Below are positions 46,553-55,448 of a stretch of DNA of 64,000 nucleotides, piece after piece. How positions within the stretch are numbered: the stretch's first letter is position 1; each line of letters begins with the position of its first letter. The notes below the pieces were generated by a model, which made no database searches, was not told the origin of the DNA, and was given only the letters and a program-made list of their open reading frames with translations. Source of the stretch: Clostridia bacterium (GTDB lineage Bacteria; Bacillota; Clostridia; Oscillospirales; CAG-272); the NCBI GenBank assembly GCA_017540175.1, contig JAFYBN010000008.1, positions 10,030 through 74,029 on the forward strand. Reading direction: 5' to 3'. The position numbers and the translations under genes are program-made.

Positions 46553-47509
46553 TCACTCCTCCTTTTCATCTCTGTTTTCGGATGCTTCTTCGTCCCCTTC
46601 TCCGTCCGGCGTTTCGGTCTTTGCTTTTTTTGCCGCCTCGCGCGCCTTCCTCAGCTCGTCCGTGCCGAAGGTATAGGTCTTGCCGCAGAACCGGCACTTT
46701 GTCTCAACGTCTTCCCCGGCTTCGAGGAGTTCGTTCATGTCCGCTTCGTTCAGGCTCACGAGCGCGCGGAGATATCTGTCCCGGTCGCAGGGGCATAGAT
46801 ATTCGATATCGAACTCGTCGAACATCTCGTATTCGATGCCGTCGAAAATGCGGGCGATGACCGCGTCGCCGTCCTCCCCGTCCGCGATGCGCTTTGACAC
46901 CGAACCGACGGAGGCGACGTTGTCCTCGAGCTTTTCGATCACGCCCTCGTCATATCCCGGCATGAGCTGAACGAGGAAGCCGCCCGCGGCAAAGCACACG
47001 CGGTCCGTATCGACCCGCACGCCGAGAGCGCACACGGTCGGGGTCTGCTCGCTCGACGCGAAGTACTCCGTGATATCCTCGGCGATCTCGCCGCTGACGA
47101 GGGGGGAGACGCCGACATAGGGCTCGTTCATGCCGAGGTCCTTGATCACATAGAGCGATCCCCTGCCGACCGCGCCGCCGACGTTGAGCTTCCCGGCGGC
47201 GTTGGGGGGCAGTTCCACCTCCGGGTTGTCCGCGCAGCCGCGCACGTTGCCTTTGTAATCGCCGACACATACGACCGAGCCTGCCGGGCCGTTTCCGCGG
47301 ATCTCGAGGGTGAGGGTGTTGTCCTTATCCTTGAGGAGGCAGGACATGAGGGCGGTCGCGGTAAGAGCCCGTCCGAGCACGGCGGTCATGGTTTTGGAAG
47401 GATGGTGGATCTCGGATGCGCGGCGAACGATTGCGGTGCTGTCGCAGAACAGGACGCGCACGCCCCCGTCCGATGAGATCGCGCGTTTGATGACGCTTGT
47501 TGTCTGCAT
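46553..47509 (-). CDS. hslO: redox-regulated chaperone Hsp33
   Basis: Hsp33 domain plus a C-terminal zinc centre, CPCDR...CRFCGKTY. Acidic tail. Start trimmed to ATG 47509 (MQTTSVIKRA) behind AAGGAA. Confidence 0.9.
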   Translation of the reverse strand: MQTTSVIKRAISSDGGVRVLFCDSTAIVRRASEIHHPSKTMTAVLGRALTATALMSCLLKDKDNTLTLEIRGNGPAGSVVCVGDYKGNVRGCADNPEVELPPNAAGKLNVGGAVGRGSLYVIKDLGMNEPYVGVSPLVSGEIAEDITEYFASSEQTPTVCALGVRVDTDRVCFAAGGFLVQLMPGYDEGVIEKLEDNVASVGSVSKRIADGEDGDAVIARIFDGIEYEMFDEFDIEYLCPCDRDRYLRALVSLNEADMNELLEAGEDVETKCRFCGKTYTFGTDELRKAREAAKKAKTETPDGEGDEEASENRDEKEE

Positions 47510-47684
47510 GGTATTCCTTTCGTAAGGACTATGAGTCATGTTTTTTCTATTATAGCACATCCCGGTGCCGTTTTGCAAGAAGATTATGCAAACATGGATG
47601 CTCTTTCGTCAAAACCACCAGTTTTCCGCGAAGAGGACGGAAATCTTTGTATTATGCACAACGCGTTGTTTCGCGGTTTTCCCG

Positions 47685-47713
47685 TTGACAAAATCTCCTT
47701 CCTATGATATAAT
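47685..47713 (+). promoter_or_regulatory. perfect-consensus sigma-A promoter upstream of rpmG-secE-nusG
   Basis: TTGACA (47685-47690), 17-nt spacer, TATAAT (47708-47713). Confidence 0.7.
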
Positions 47714-47908
47714 ATTAGCACCTCTGTCGGAGGGTTCTTTTTTCGTGCGCGTCCATGGTCATGACGGCGCGCCGCCCCCGGTTCGGCAGAGGGAGGTACA
47801 ACATCGGGCAGCGCCGTTTTCCGCTCGTTTCCCGTGTTCCGCCGATATCGGCGGAAACAGAGGCGGCCGTGCGAGCGCATGCCTAAATCTTGAAGGAGGT
47901 GCCGATCC

Positions 47909-48058
47909 ATGAGAGTAAAAATCACTCTCGCCTGCAGCGAATGCAAACAGCGCAACTACGACACAAAGAAGAACAAGAAAAACGATCCTGACAGAATCGA
48001 GCTGAAGAAATACTGCCGCTTCTGCCGCAAGCACACCGTACACAGAGAAACCAAATAA
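47909..48058 (+). CDS. rpmG: 50S ribosomal protein L33
   Basis: Below the ORF-track size cutoff; found by reading the sequence. [49 protein letters not shown] (49 aa, CxxC...CxxC) behind GAAGGAGGTG. Confidence 0.9.
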   Translation: MRVKITLACSECKQRNYDTKKNKKNDPDRIELKKYCRFCRKHTVHRETK

Positions 48059-48075
48059 CGGGCAAGGAGTTAAAC

Positions 48076-48348
48076 ATGGCAGATAATGAAAAGAACACCG
48101 CTCCCGTCAAGGACGACGACAAGGAGTCAAAAAAGGTAAAGGTCAAGAAGCCCTCGATCTTCAAGAGACTCGGCGCCTGGCTGAAAACCGTTTGGGCGGA
48201 GCGCAAGAAAATCACCTGGGCAAGCTGGGAATCTGTCAAATCCAACAGCTTCGTGGTGATTGTCATCACCGTCATCACCGCCGCCGTTCTCGGTCTTCTC
48301 GACTACCTCTTCTCAAACGCGATCATCGGTCTGAGCCGCATCATCTGA
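48076..48348 (+). CDS. secE: preprotein translocase subunit SecE
   Basis: 90 aa. Lys-rich N-terminus, …ERKKITWASWES… and a single C-terminal TM helix. Canonical position between rpmG and nusG. Confidence 0.85.
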   Translation: MADNEKNTAPVKDDDKESKKVKVKKPSIFKRLGAWLKTVWAERKKITWASWESVKSNSFVVIVITVITAAVLGLLDYLFSNAIIGLSRII

Positions 48349-48404
48349 CGCTGCGGGATCGCATGATCTTCAGCACATCGGCATGACGGAGGTTTCAGAG
48401 TTTC

Positions 48405-48953
48405 ATGAGCGATATCAATGAGATGAACGAAGGCTTGAAATGGTATGTCGCGCATACCTATTCGGGCTACGAAAACAAAGTCAAAACCAATCTGGAAAAG
48501 ATTATCGAGAACAGAGGGCTCGGTAATGTGATCACCGACATCCGCATTCCCACCGAAGTCGTCGTGGAATCCGACGGCGGGCATGAAAAGGAAGTCGAGT
48601 CGAAGATTTTCCCCTCGTATGTCCTCGTCAAAATGGTCATGACCGACGAGACATGGCATGTCGTCCGCAACATCCGCGGCGTCACCGGGTTCGTGGGACC
48701 GGGATCGAAGCCCGTTCCGCTGACCGAGGAAGAAGCCGCCGCCATCATCCGGGACGAGCCCGAGAAGGTCACGGCGTCCGCCTTCGAGGTGGGCGATACC
48801 GTGGACATCGTCGACGGCGTGTTCCGCGGCTACAGCGGCAAGCTCACGAAGCTTGACGAGGCGACCGGAGAGGTCACCGTCGTCATCTCCACCGTGGGAC
48901 GCGACATGAACGTCAATCTCGACAAAAAGTATATCAAAAAGGCACAGGACTGA
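48405..48953 (+). CDS. nusG: transcription termination/antitermination factor NusG
   Basis: 182 aa. WYVAHTYSGYENKVK (NGN domain) and a C-terminal KOW domain (GDTVDIVDGVFRGYSGKL). Confidence 0.95.
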   Translation: MSDINEMNEGLKWYVAHTYSGYENKVKTNLEKIIENRGLGNVITDIRIPTEVVVESDGGHEKEVESKIFPSYVLVKMVMTDETWHVVRNIRGVTGFVGPGSKPVPLTEEEAAAIIRDEPEKVTASAFEVGDTVDIVDGVFRGYSGKLTKLDEATGEVTVVISTVGRDMNVNLDKKYIKKAQD

Positions 48954-49102
48954 TCCGGAACGATCCGTTCTGCGGTCCCCGGACGCCGCCTGAGCGCGTC
49001 AGGAGCGGGGCGCAGCTCCCAAAACCAGCGCCGATCAAGTGGGAGGGATGTTAATTTTTCAAGGGACATCCCGTTTGACACCACTATGGAGGATTATAGA
49101 GA

Positions 49103-49528
49103 ATGGCAAAGAAAGTTATTGGCTATATCAAGCTGCAGCTTCCCGCCGGCAAAGCGACTCCTCAGCCGCCGGTCGGTCCTGCTCTCGGCGCGTACGGCGT
49201 CGCGATCCCGAACTTCACGAAGGAATTCAACGAAAGAACCAAGAATGACATCGGTCTCATCATTCCGGTCGTCATCACCGTTTACGCCGACCGTTCCTTC
49301 ACCTTTATCACGAAGACCCCGCCGGCTCCCGTGCTGATCAAGAAGGCCTGCGGCATCGAAACCGCTTCTCCCACCCCGAACAAGACGAAGGTCGCCACCA
49401 TCACCAAGGAGCAGGTGCGTCAGATCGCCGAAACCAAGATGAAGGACCTCAACGCCGGTTCCATTGAAGCCGCGATGAGCATGATCGCCGGGACTGCCCG
49501 TTCCATGGGCGTCACCGTCGCAGACTGA
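49103..49528 (+). CDS. rplK: 50S ribosomal protein L11
   Basis: [29 protein letters not shown]... Confidence 0.97.
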   Translation: MAKKVIGYIKLQLPAGKATPQPPVGPALGAYGVAIPNFTKEFNERTKNDIGLIIPVVITVYADRSFTFITKTPPAPVLIKKACGIETASPTPNKTKVATITKEQVRQIAETKMKDLNAGSIEAAMSMIAGTARSMGVTVAD

Positions 49529-49542
49529 GGGGGTACGGAAAG

Positions 49543-50235
49543 ATGTTCAAGAGCAAGAAATACGTTGACAGCCAGAAGCTGATCGAGAAGTCCAAGCTGT
49601 ACGATACGAACGATGCCATGGATCTGGTCATCAAGACCTCCAAGGCGAAATTCGACGAGACCATCGAAGTGCACGTCCGTCTGGGCGTCGACTCCCGTCA
49701 CGCTGACCAGCAGGTCCGCGGCGCGATCGTTCTCCCGCACGGTACCGGTAAATCCGTCCGCGTCCTCGTCTTCGCGAAGGGTGAACGCGCGGATCAGGCG
49801 AAAGCCGCGGGCGCCGAATTCGTCGGCGACACCGATCTCGTGGAAAAGATCCAGAAGGAAAACTGGTTTGACTTCGACGTCGTCATCGCTACCCCGGATA
49901 TGATGGGTACCATCGGTCGTCTCGGCCGCGTGCTCGGTCCGAAGGGTCTCATGCCGAACCCGAAGGCCGGTACCGTCACCATGGACGTCGCGAGAGCGGT
50001 CCAGGAAGCGAAAGCCGGTAAGATCGAATACCGTCTGGACAAGACCAACATCATCCACTGCCCCATCGGCAAGGCGTCCTTCGGGATCGACAAGCTCGCC
50101 GAAAACTTCAACACCCTGCTCGGCGCGATCATCAAGGCCAAGCCCGCCGCCGCGAAGGGTCAGTATATCAAGAGCTGCGTCGTCGCCTCTACCATGGGCC
50201 CCGGCATCAAGGTCAATCCGGCGAGGATCGGCTGA
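49543..50235 (+). CDS. rplA: 50S ribosomal protein L1
   Basis: 230 aa with L1 signature blocks (…[15 protein letters not shown]…, …[16 protein letters not shown]…). Confidence 0.97.
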   Translation: MFKSKKYVDSQKLIEKSKLYDTNDAMDLVIKTSKAKFDETIEVHVRLGVDSRHADQQVRGAIVLPHGTGKSVRVLVFAKGERADQAKAAGAEFVGDTDLVEKIQKENWFDFDVVIATPDMMGTIGRLGRVLGPKGLMPNPKAGTVTMDVARAVQEAKAGKIEYRLDKTNIIHCPIGKASFGIDKLAENFNTLLGAIIKAKPAAAKGQYIKSCVVASTMGPGIKVNPARIG

Positions 50236-50251
50236 GTTCCGGAATTTCTCA

Positions 50252-50306
50252 TAAAAAACAAGCTGTCGTTTTCCCGCAAGGGATCACGGCAGCTTTTCTC
50301 TTTTCT
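50252..50306. terminator. bidirectional intrinsic terminator (rplA / glxK)
   Basis: AAGCUGUCG...CGGCAGCUU with an inner CCC-gcaa-GGG, flanked by an A-run and a U-rich tract. Confidence 0.7.
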
Positions 50307-50322
50307 CTTTCTGTCAGGAGTT

Positions 50323-51456
50323 TCAGCCTTTTGTGCCGACGAAGAAGCGCATGAGGTTTGTGACCGTGCGCACGAGGTTTTCCTCCGCATGCTCCATGGC
50401 GTCCTCGAGGCTGATCGGTCCGGGGCAGATCGGGAACACGCCCGTCACGCCCTCGCCGCAAATGGCCTCCGCGCCTTCGCCGACCGCGCCGACGACGGCT
50501 ATCGCCACAACGCCCCGCCTCCGCGCGCGCCTTGCCACGCCCACGACGACCTTGCCGCCGAGGGTCTGGGAATCGAGCTTCCCTTCCCCGGTAATGACGA
50601 GATCGGCGTCCCGAAGCAGGTCGTCGAAGCGCACCGTATCGAGCACGGTTTCGATCCCGGAACAAAGCTCAGCCCCGAGGAACGCGACGGCGCCCCAACC
50701 CATGCCGCCCGCGGCTCCGGCTCCCGGCAGATCGAGGATGTCCTTACCGAGCTCTTCCCCGACGATCCCGGCAAAATGCCCGAGTCCGCGGTCGAGCAGA
50801 TCGACCTCTTCTTCCGTCGCGCCCTTCTGGGGGGCGAAGACCCGCGCCGCGCCCCTCTGTCCGCACAGGGGATTGTTCACGTCGCACATCGCCTCGATCG
50901 GCACCTTGCCGAGCAGCGGATGCGCGCCGGACGCGTCGATCCGTTTTATGGCGGAAAGCGTCCTGCCGACCGGTACGAACGCGTTGCCGTCCGCGTCGTA
51001 AAAGCGGAAGCCGAGCGCCGACGTCATGCCGGCGCCCCCGTCGTTCGTGGCGGAGCCGCCGAGACATAAGATCAGTTTTCGGCATCCGTGATCGAGCGCG
51101 TGCCCGATCAGCTCGCCGACGCCGAAGGTCGTGGTGTCCGCGGCAGATTTTCTCTCACCCGCGAGCGTCAGTCCGGCGCAGACCGCCGTTTCCACGACGG
51201 CCGTGCCGTCCGGGAGACGCGCGTAATACGCATTCACGGGCTCGGAAAACGGTCCGCTGACGGTGAGCGGGATTTTCTCCCCGCCGCACGCCGCGAGAAA
51301 GCATTCCGCGCTCCCTTCCCCGCCGTCCGCGACGGGTACGCCTATGACCTCGGCGTCCGGCAGGACGGAAAGGATCGCGCCCCGGGCTGCGGCGCAGAAG
51401 TCCGCGGAGGAAAGAGAGCCCTTGAAGCTGTCCGGTATGACAATGATCTTTCGCAT
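50323..51456 (-). CDS. glxK: glycerate kinase
   Basis: 377 aa. MRKIIVIPDSFKGSLSS...PVADGGEG...GGSATNDGGAGM signature. Confidence 0.9.
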   Translation of the reverse strand: MRKIIVIPDSFKGSLSSADFCAAARGAILSVLPDAEVIGVPVADGGEGSAECFLAACGGEKIPLTVSGPFSEPVNAYYARLPDGTAVVETAVCAGLTLAGERKSAADTTTFGVGELIGHALDHGCRKLILCLGGSATNDGGAGMTSALGFRFYDADGNAFVPVGRTLSAIKRIDASGAHPLLGKVPIEAMCDVNNPLCGQRGAARVFAPQKGATEEEVDLLDRGLGHFAGIVGEELGKDILDLPGAGAAGGMGWGAVAFLGAELCSGIETVLDTVRFDDLLRDADLVITGEGKLDSQTLGGKVVVGVARRARRRGVVAIAVVGAVGEGAEAICGEGVTGVFPICPGPISLEDAMEHAEENLVRTVTNLMRFFVGTKG

Positions 51457-51466
51457 AGAAGATTCC

Positions 51467-52744
51467 TTACTGTTTCACGAGATTCGCGAGCGCGTCCCCG
51501 AGCTCCCCGTCCTTCATGCGGTGAACGGCGGAAATCGTTCTCACGGACATATCGTGCGCCCGTTCTTCGAGCGTGTTGGCGGCGCCCGGTCCGGCAAATC
51601 CCTTGCTTTCCGGGTCGAGGAAGACCGTCGACAGCAGCACGCGCCGCGAAAGCGTTCCGCCGAATTTGCCCGCCACGGTGTCGACCTTATAGAGCTCGTC
51701 CACGTCGATATCCCCGTTCTTGCAGGAGATGAACACCGGCACGACGCCGCGCACAAGCACGACGTCGACCTCGTTTTTGGTCCCGTTCGGGTTTCCGTCC
51801 CAGTCGAGCACCACCCCGATGGCGGCGGAGTCGTAAACGGACATGCCGCCGCGCCTGAGATCGAGCGCGGTACAGTAGGTGTGGTATTCGAGGATCGAGC
51901 CCGCCTTGGTGAGGCATTCGCGGACGATCTTATTCTTATAGGTAAAGAGGATCATATCCCCGTTCTGCTCCGTGACGCGGATCAAACCCGCGTCGGCGAG
52001 CTCGTCGAAGAAGGCGCGGTTCAGCCTGTTCTTGCCGGACCCGAAGGAGGAATGGGGGATCGCCCACACGCCTTCCTCCCCGACGGATCGGCTGACCTCC
52101 GCGGACATCCTGCCGATCAGGGTATTCCAGTCGGCGCACGCCCGCTTCGAGATCCGCCACAGGGCTTCGATGTCCTCTTCCTCCTCTGCGCCGGGCGAAA
52201 TCGTCTGGCTCCGGGATACGATGATTCCGCCGTGGAGGCGGACCATTTCGTCGACCGTGAGGTAGAGCGGGGATTCGCCTTTTTCGGTGTAGTCGATCTG
52301 CTCCTTTGTAATCGAAAGATGCCCCTCGGACGTTCTGTCCATCCGGAATATGGTCGCCTGTCTTGTGATCGGTCCGCACCGGAACGCGTACAGGTTCCGC
52401 TTTTCCCCCGCGCGGCTGCCGAGAATGGCGCCCACGGCGAGCAGAGCGGTCTCGTCCCCGCCGGAGATATCCACGGCACAGACCTCGTCCGGCTCGTCGG
52501 ATCGGTCATCGAGAAGCGCGTCGAGCACGGCGACGGTCGATTCGAGATCGCTTCTCGCCGCGCTGCGCACGAGCAGTTCCGTCTTGATGCCGCGTCCGCG
52601 CAAAATCGCCTCGTATGCCGGGAGCGCGCGCTGCATTCTTCGCACGTCCGTGCCGACGAAAACGGTGACGTCCGGCTTCAAGGCAAGGGAGCCGATGATG
52701 TTTTCGATCGGGGATCGGTCAAACAATTCGACGAGCGTCGTCAT
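51467..52744 (-). CDS. CARF-like Rossmann domain fused to DUF1887 PD-(D/E)xK nuclease-like domain (Card1/Can2-like), not CRISPR-linked
   Basis: 425 aa. The N-terminus MTTLVELFDRSPIENII...VCAVDISGGDETALLAVG resembles the Card1/DUF1887 CARF start. C-terminal GSILEYHTYCTAL...NEVDVVLVRGVVPVFISCKNG...LYKVDTVAGKFGG matches the GxxLE / NExDV / xCK nuclease blocks. Start ATG overlaps the deoD stop (ATGA). Confidence 0.65.
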   Translation of the reverse strand: MTTLVELFDRSPIENIIGSLALKPDVTVFVGTDVRRMQRALPAYEAILRGRGIKTELLVRSAARSDLESTVAVLDALLDDRSDEPDEVCAVDISGGDETALLAVGAILGSRAGEKRNLYAFRCGPITRQATIFRMDRTSEGHLSITKEQIDYTEKGESPLYLTVDEMVRLHGGIIVSRSQTISPGAEEEEDIEALWRISKRACADWNTLIGRMSAEVSRSVGEEGVWAIPHSSFGSGKNRLNRAFFDELADAGLIRVTEQNGDMILFTYKNKIVRECLTKAGSILEYHTYCTALDLRRGGMSVYDSAAIGVVLDWDGNPNGTKNEVDVVLVRGVVPVFISCKNGDIDVDELYKVDTVAGKFGGTLSRRVLLSTVFLDPESKGFAGPGAANTLEERAHDMSVRTISAVHRMKDGELGDALANLVKQ

Positions 52745-53457
52745 GACATCTCCACCGCCGTATTCAGCGCGACCTCCATCATCGTGGTGAAGGTCTTTTC
52801 TCTTTCCTCAGCCGAGCATGATTCATGGGTCAGGAGGTGGTCGGAGATCGTGCAGATCGCGAGCGCGCGCTTCCCCGCTCTTGCAGCCGTCATATAGAGC
52901 GCTGCCGCTTCCATTTCGACCGCGTACACGCCCATTTTGCGCCAGCCCGCGTTCGCCTCTTCTGCGTCCTCGTTGTAGAAAAGGTCCGAGGACAGGAGAT
53001 TTCCGACGTGATAACGCGCGCCGAGCTTGTCCGCCTGAGCAACCGCCGCGGCAAGGAGCTCATAGGACGCGATGGGCGCGTAGGTTCCGTGGAGTCCGAA
53101 ATGCGCGGCGAAATTCGAGTTGGTGCACGTGCCCATTCCAAAGACGAGGTCGCGCAGGCGCACATCCTCTCGCATTCCTCCCGCGGAGCCGATGCGGATG
53201 ATGTTCTCCACGCCGTAAAACTCATAGAGCTCATATGCGTGGATCCCGATGGACGGCATGCCCATTCCGCTCGACATGACGGATACCGGGCAGCCCTTAT
53301 AGAGTCCGGTATAACCGTTCGCGGCGCGGACGGGATTCACGAGACGCGCGTCCGTGAGATAGTTCTCCGCGACGAATTTCGCGCGCAGGGGATCGCCGGG
53401 CATGAGGACGGTTTTCGCGAAGTCTCCTCGTTCGGCTCTGTTGTGCGGTGTTGACAT
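52741..53457 (-). CDS. deoD: purine nucleoside phosphorylase, DeoD type
   Basis: 238 aa, colinear with E. coli DeoD (…GDFAKTVLMPGDPLRAKFVAE…, …VEMEAAALY…, …ISDHLLTHE…). Confidence 0.95.
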   Translation of the reverse strand: MSTPHNRAERGDFAKTVLMPGDPLRAKFVAENYLTDARLVNPVRAANGYTGLYKGCPVSVMSSGMGMPSIGIHAYELYEFYGVENIIRIGSAGGMREDVRLRDLVFGMGTCTNSNFAAHFGLHGTYAPIASYELLAAAVAQADKLGARYHVGNLLSSDLFYNEDAEEANAGWRKMGVYAVEMEAAALYMTAARAGKRALAICTISDHLLTHESCSAEEREKTFTTMMEVALNTAVEMS

Positions 53458-53472
53458 GGTATGCCTCCCTTC

Positions 53473-54153
53473 TTAAAGCAGTCCGCCCGTTTTGACGATG
53501 CGGACGACGCGGCTGGTGCCGAGACGGTCCGCGCCGAGGGCGAGAAATTTCTCCGCGTCCTCGAGCGAGGAAATCCCGCCCGCCGCTTTTATTTTCAGTC
53601 CCGGCTTCACGTGCGCGGCAAAGAGCGCGACGTCGTCGAAGGTCGCGCCGCCCTTCGAAAAGCCGGTCGACGTCTTGATGTAATCCGCGCCGGACTCGCC
53701 GACGATCTCACACATTTTGATTTTTTCCTCGTCCGTGAGCAGGCAGGTTTCGATGATGACCTTCAGAATCTTTCCCGGCGCAACAGCGTCCATGGCCTCG
53801 CGCACGCCCCGGATGTCCCGGAGCACGTCGTCGTAGCGGCCGTCTTTCAGCCATCCGATGTTGATCACGGTATCGATCTCATCCGCGCCGTTCTGCAGCG
53901 CGTCCGCCGCTTCGAACGCCTTGGACGCGGGGGTGGAATACCCGTTCGGGAAGCCGACCACCGTGCAGACGGCGACGCGGCCCGCGGCGTAGTCCGCCGC
54001 CTCTTTGACCCAACACGCCGGGATGCACACCGACGCGGTATGATAGCGGATGCCGTCGTCAATCACGGCGCGGATGTCCTCCCATTTCGCGTCGACCGCA
54101 AGCAGGGTGTGGTCGACGTGGGAGAGGATTTCTTTGATTTTGTTCTGTTCCAT
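53473..54153 (-). CDS. deoC: deoxyribose-phosphate aldolase
   Basis: …IDHTLL…, [10 protein letters not shown] and …YIKTSTGF… (Schiff-base Lys) blocks. Start trimmed to ATG 54153 (MEQNKIKE) behind AGAGGG; the track ORF is over-extended. Confidence 0.9.
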   Translation of the reverse strand: MEQNKIKEILSHVDHTLLAVDAKWEDIRAVIDDGIRYHTASVCIPACWVKEAADYAAGRVAVCTVVGFPNGYSTPASKAFEAADALQNGADEIDTVINIGWLKDGRYDDVLRDIRGVREAMDAVAPGKILKVIIETCLLTDEEKIKMCEIVGESGADYIKTSTGFSKGGATFDDVALFAAHVKPGLKIKAAGGISSLEDAEKFLALGADRLGTSRVVRIVKTGGLL

Positions 54154-54170
54154 TTTTCCCTCTTTCCGCC

Positions 54171-55409
54171 TCAGCCCGGTTCCCCGGCGATCCAGCGGCG
54201 TTCCACCTCTTTGAAAACCTCGTCCGGGATGTCGATCTGTTCGTGGATCTGATTCGAGACGTACATCTGCCCCGCGCTCTCGGGGAAGGTGCAGAAGGTG
54301 TCGTTGCGCCAGGCGTCCCGCTCTTCTTTGTTGCGCAGATTCGGCAGGCGGATGGGCTGGTTGCCCATGACGATGGAGCGGTAGCCGAGCGTGCCGGGGA
54401 TGCACATATCAACCGCGTCATACACGTTGATGGCGCGTTCCCGCGCGACCTCGTCGCCGAGGATGGTGCGGATGAAATAATAGGTGGTGAAGAAGTCCCC
54501 ACCGCCGTGTCCGCTGTTTTCCGTCCCCGCCACAATGGGCGTGGGGGTATAGACCTTGTGCTCGCCGCGGCAGTTCTGACCCGGCTTCTCGGTGTAAACG
54601 GCGATTTGCCCGTTGCCGAGGTCCTGCACGCCGCCGAGGTCGCCGTTCAGCTGATAATTCGAGTGCCGTGTGGACTTGATGTTGAAGTGCAGGGATTTGA
54701 GCATCGCGCCGTTCTCGAGCGTCACGATCTCCATGCCGAGCGAGCCGGACGCCGTGCCGAGATTGCGCATGAAGGGCATGTTCGGCGTCTCGAACGCGGA
54801 CACCTGAACCGGTCTCAGTCCCGTCATATAGAGGATCGGGCCGATGGAGTGGGTGCAGTAGAAGGTGGATGGCATGATGTTGCGCCAGTGGTTCCGCTCG
54901 CCGTAGGTGATCTGCGGCCAGATGGACGAGCAGTCGTGGAGGTATTCCCCTTCGGCATACATGAGCTCGCCGAGCGCGCCCGAGCGGTAGATGTTCCGCA
55001 TTTCCCAGCGGACGGGGGTATAGCAGTAGTTTTCCGCGTAGGTATAGACCTTGCCCGTTTCCTCCACCGCTTCGATCAGCTCGACCGCCTCCGCCATATT
55101 CGCGACGGTCAGGCATTCGGTCATGATATGCCGACCGGAGCGCAGGAGCTTGATGCCGAATTTCGCGTGCTCGTGCGCGTAGTTCGCGCAGACGACCGCG
55201 TCCATGTCGTGCTCGAAGAAATCGTCAAAGCGTTCGTAGTAGGTGATGTCGTACAGGCCGCACGCCTCCGCCTCCCTGCGGCACGCGTCAAGCAGGGGCT
55301 TGTATTTGTCGCAGACCGCGACGAGCTCCGCTTCCGTGCTGTGCAGGATCTGACGGATCATCGTCATGCCCCGCCCAGCGCCGAATACGCCGATTTTGAT
55401 TTTCGCCAT
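54171..55409 (-). CDS. Gfo/Idh/MocA-family NAD(P)-dependent oxidoreductase
   Basis: 412 aa. N-terminal [13 protein letters not shown] Rossmann fold plus the typical alpha/beta C-terminal domain. Confidence 0.85.
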   Translation of the reverse strand: MAKIKIGVFGAGRGMTMIRQILHSTEAELVAVCDKYKPLLDACRREAEACGLYDITYYERFDDFFEHDMDAVVCANYAHEHAKFGIKLLRSGRHIMTECLTVANMAEAVELIEAVEETGKVYTYAENYCYTPVRWEMRNIYRSGALGELMYAEGEYLHDCSSIWPQITYGERNHWRNIMPSTFYCTHSIGPILYMTGLRPVQVSAFETPNMPFMRNLGTASGSLGMEIVTLENGAMLKSLHFNIKSTRHSNYQLNGDLGGVQDLGNGQIAVYTEKPGQNCRGEHKVYTPTPIVAGTENSGHGGGDFFTTYYFIRTILGDEVARERAINVYDAVDMCIPGTLGYRSIVMGNQPIRLPNLRNKEERDAWRNDTFCTFPESAGQMYVSNQIHEQIDIPDEVFKEVERRWIAGEPG

Positions 55410-55448
55410 GTTTCGTCCTCCTTGTTGATGTCGTTTCAGAAAGCTCTA

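Noticed and set aside
47714-47908. Leader upstream of rpmG as 6S RNA, SRP RNA or tmRNA
   Set aside because: I could not find the SRP domain IV motif, a tmRNA tag ORF or tRNA-like end, or the large central bubble with long flanking helices expected for 6S RNA. It is left as an unclassified structured leader.
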